NCBI GenBank assembly: GCA_001179505.1
Contig: CDMY01000761.1
Span: 1 to 23,275, forward strand
Origin: Vitrella brassicaformis CCMP3155
Taxonomy: Eukaryota; Protista; Chromerida
DNA length: 23,275 nt
Direction: 5' to 3'
Position numbers and translations under genes: made by a program. The notes beneath the pieces are model-generated. The model was given only the letters and a program-made list of their open reading frames with translations, was not told the DNA's origin and searched no databases. Shown here in pieces: positions 20,150 through 23,275 of the stretch. Positions within the stretch are counted from its first letter, which is position 1, and the number at the start of each line of letters is the position of its first letter.

Positions 20150-22338
20150 TACAGTCGCCCGCTAACACAGAGGACAGGCACGAGCACGCGACACAACTGT
20201 TAGTGACAAGCCGATAGAGAGAGAGAGAGAGAGACCGAGACCGAGAGAACACAACACCAGCCCGTTCTCGTGTGTCGTGCGTAGCGAGCAAGGCCGCCGT
20301 ATAAAATGTGTCTCGAGGAAGTCGAGAAGCCGATTGCGTCGCGCATCCATGGCGGCCTGCACCGCCTCGGACCTCGCCAAGGCCAGCGTCGTCGTGTCGA
20401 TCTGAGGGTGGGACACACGCGAGAAGAACAAGGAGGAAGTGAGCGACGCACTCTCGTGCAGTACGCAGCCAGCCAGCCAGCCGGCCGCCACACCCCCCTC
20501 TGGTCATCGGGGGGTGTGGGGCCGGCTGGGACTATTGCAGTTGTGTCCTATGCCGTACCAGTGGCGTGCCGGGGTAGGCGATGGTGTTGCGCAAAAGGAC
20601 ATCACTGATGGTAGCGACAGAACATGCTGTAAGGACGGAGGGGGGAGACATCCGCACACACAGACACACACAGGGCTTCTGTGGTCCTCGCAGCTGTCCA
20701 GTCGACTCACTTGGTGCTGGCGGGCTCGAAGCGCAGGACCTCCATCGTGTACCGGCGAACGATAGCGATGTGACGAGCCGGGCACGGTAGAAGGCCTTCT
20801 GCAGGTTGCCGGCAAAGAACAGGTCCTTCTCGCAGACGAACCGGCCCAGCATGAGAAGGACATAGTTGAGGAAGCGCCCCGTATTCATGGGTGCCACATG
20901 CGACATGACGACAATCGTATCCAGCCGCTGGCCGAACTTGCTGAAAGACCGCTTGCCGTACTCGACGAAACGGTGGAAGAACGCCGAGTCAGTGGCAGGA
21001 TTCTTGGTGGCTTCAGGAAGGGCGTCACCACTGCACGTCCAGTGCTGCCAGGGGCTCGATGAGCTCGTGAAGGACGGGATGCAGCAGCTGCACCCCATCT
21101 TGGACAATCTGCGCTGGAAGCCGCTCGTGGGCGGTGATGGCCACATGCAGGTATCGTCGACGAATTTTCACCACATTCAGTGCGCCATCCAGCAGGGGGG
21201 AAGCCGCAACGTCCTCTTGGAGGCCTTGGTTGATTTGTGTCCTGGTCGACGAACTGACCGCGCACCACCTGCAGACGCCAGCAAACATTCAAAGAATACC
21301 GTGACGGGCTCAACATCGTGCGACAGTGCAGCATAGCCCACTTGACGTATTCCTCAATGCTGCCGATGAAGTGAAGCTCTGGAGGGCGCACGTCGAAGAG
21401 TGTGACGGCATCATACCGCTTGTTCTGCAACCGGTCGACAATGTGGAATTGCTGATTGTCAGTCAGCTGCCGGTACGCAGGCAGGAGGTCCCGCATCGCA
21501 ACGCCGGCGAGCTGGTTGGCTTGGACACCGGCGGGCGTTGGTCTCCTTCCACGGTGGAATTCAGGGGTGATGCTAGCATACTCAAGCAACTGGAGACCTC
21601 ATGTATTACCTCATTCGGCGCCACGGGTACGATCAGCTGCAGCTGCTCGAGCGGGATCACGTTTCGTTGCGTTGGGAAAGAAGGAGTGGTAGGGCTTGTT
21701 TTCACGGGGTTGGAATCCATCCAAGAGGAGGATCCAAGAGGAATCTTCAGCTACAGGAGCCCCCTGCCCGGTCGAATCTTCATTACGACATCCACTCGTG
21801 AGTCACTGAGAGAGTGAGAAGCGATGCAAACAGGTAGTTGTATCGCTTGTTTTCTGCGCATAATTGATTTGTAAATACAGGGAAGAGATAATTGACAGAT
21901 GGCATCCATGCACTCGCTTGTCCAAATCGCCTCCATGAATCTATCCACATATGCCTATGCACAAAGGGCACGCTCACTCATCCGATGAGTCCTGTTGTTC
22001 CTCCTGCAGTCACAGTTCTTGCACTGGCCTCCGCGTGGGCTCCCTTTGCTGTTGCATGAGCAACAGGGAGCCGCGGCGGTCGCCTCTGGTGCTGGCTGCG
22101 CTGCCGGAGCCTCGCCGTCTGCATCAGAGTCGTCTCCCGTCCTGAGTCCTTGATCTCGTCGCCGCCACAGAGACGCTCTCGCCGACCGTTGGATCACTCT
22201 CGCCGCTGAGTCCTCATTCATCTCCACATCTGTGGTGGGATCTGCGCAGCATCTGTGTCGAGTGCCCGTCCGGCCTCTCCGAGCGCCGCGCGGATGCGGA
22301 TGCTGTCCGAGAGGCTCGTGGATCTCCAGACCAGCCAT
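20150..22338 (-). pseudogene. Spliced, frameshifted gene or pseudogene of unassigned family (possibly transposon-derived large protein)
   Basis: GT-AG introns at 21341-21269, 20710-20627 and 20558-20402 join protein-like frames: FDVRPPELHFIGSIEEYVK|WCAVSSS...LDGALNVVKIRRR, GRFLNYVLLMLGRFVCEKDLFFAGNLQKAF, TIAYPGTPL|IDTTTLALARSE. Frameshifts are needed near 21590 and 21030. A candidate first exon from ATG 22338 carries a Cys cluster; its link to the rest is not established. Confidence 0.6.
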
Positions 22339-22462
22339 AGCGAAGATAAACAGGTGGGTGAGCAATGGGGGGGAGGCCGACAACGGCAGAAAGAAATGGG
22401 GACTTCCCCCCTGCCCTGTCTGTGGCTTGGTTGATGTATGATTTGTAAATACAGGCGTTCTG

Positions 22463-22989
22463 TTGATGACATTGGAGGACGTCAGTCCCATCTACACGAC
22501 CGAGAGAGTGAAGAGGGACATCCAGGCCAGGTCCGGTATCTCATCTGAGAACCAGCAGTTGGTCTTCCACGGCTGTGAGCTCGAAGACGGCCACACCATG
22601 AAATACTACAACGTCCAGAGCAACGATGCGATCGAGCTCATCAACGTTGCTCGGGGGGGCGGAGGCTCGCTGCCATTAACACCTGACTTTTCGGAGGAAA
22701 AGGGGGAACCATTGCGAGCTCCGATTCCATTGCGGCAGGTCGAGGTGGAAGATGAAGAAGGGCGGTCAGTCGTATTCTTTGTTCGTACTGACTGGGGAGA
22801 CGAACTGCCAGATGATGTCGAAGAGGACGCCGCTGAGGAAGAGAATGTCGAAATCAGCGTGGATGTGCTGGACTTCCCAACACGTGCGGCGGAGAGCGAC
22901 CTCGAGACGAGCCCGCTGCGCAGAGTGGGTCTGTGGCAGGGTGACATTACCACCCTCAAGTGCGATGCAATCGTCAACAACGCCAACCA
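22463..22989 (+). CDS. Exon: ubiquitin-like domain, acidic linker and N-terminal part of a macrodomain
   Basis: [65 protein letters not shown] aligns by eye with ubiquitin residues ~13-76. It is followed by an E/D-rich linker and then [21 protein letters not shown]. Donor CA|GTAAG at 22989/22990. The true 5' end is uncertain. Confidence 0.85.
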
Positions 22990-23087
22990 GTAAGAGGGAG
23001 GGAGGGAGGGAGGGAACGAGGGAAGGGCACACAGCCAGGTAGCCAGTCGTATATGTCTTGTCTGTGTGCCGCACACGCATATGTCAG

Positions 23088-23254
23088 GAGTTTGCTTGGC
23101 GGGGGCGGAGTCGACGGGGCCATCCACAACGCGGCCGGCGACGAGCTCGACCGCTACTGCAGGACGCTAGGCGGCTGCGACACGGGCAGCGCCAAGATAT
23201 CGCCCGGCTTCAAACTGCCGGCCAAGTATATCATACACGCCGTCGGACCCATAG
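23088..23254 (+). CDS. Exon: MacroD-type macrodomain core (ADP-ribose binding/hydrolase family); the gene continues beyond the window
   Basis: Removing the 98-nt intron 22990-23087 gives [59 protein letters not shown], which has the hallmark GGGVD and HxVGP motifs. The next donor is G|GTCGGT at 23254/23255. Confidence 0.92.
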
Positions 23255-23275
23255 GTCGGTCAGAAAAGGCTGGAA

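Noticed and set aside
21590-21609. 20-nt micro-intron GTAATACATGAGGTCTCCAG that would repair a frameshift
   Set aside because: It is far shorter than the 73-157 nt introns supported elsewhere in the window; a simple indel explains the frameshift equally well.

Overview
Eukaryotic, GC-rich, intron-containing genomic DNA with two 300-N scaffold gaps (3273-3572, 18806-19105). The short GT-AG introns and simple repeats would fit an algal or protist genome, but the taxon cannot be determined from the window. From left to right: (1) the 3' end of a CRE-like non-LTR retrotransposon ORF (1-275). (2) A repeat-rich non-coding zone with a ~180-bp inverted repeat pair (2091-2268 / 5071-5249) enclosing a palindrome cluster, a G-rich tract and a 123-bp tandem array. 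(3) A minus-strand Ty3/Gypsy chromovirus-type LTR retrotransposon with gag, PR-RT-RH-INT-chromodomain, a G GGA AAC -1 slippery site plus pseudoknot, a tRNA-Gly-like PBS, and two patchily diverged LTR-like copies at 5356-5785 and 14730-~15190. The element carries three additional frameshifts. (4) A GGCAGCGCGACA minisatellite flanked by ~160-bp direct repeats. (5) A partly duplicated, spliced and frameshifted minus-strand gene of unassigned family. (6) The 5' part of a plus-strand spliced gene fusing a ubiquitin-like domain, an acidic linker and a MacroD-type macrodomain. All assignments come from motif reading by eye; no database searches were run.
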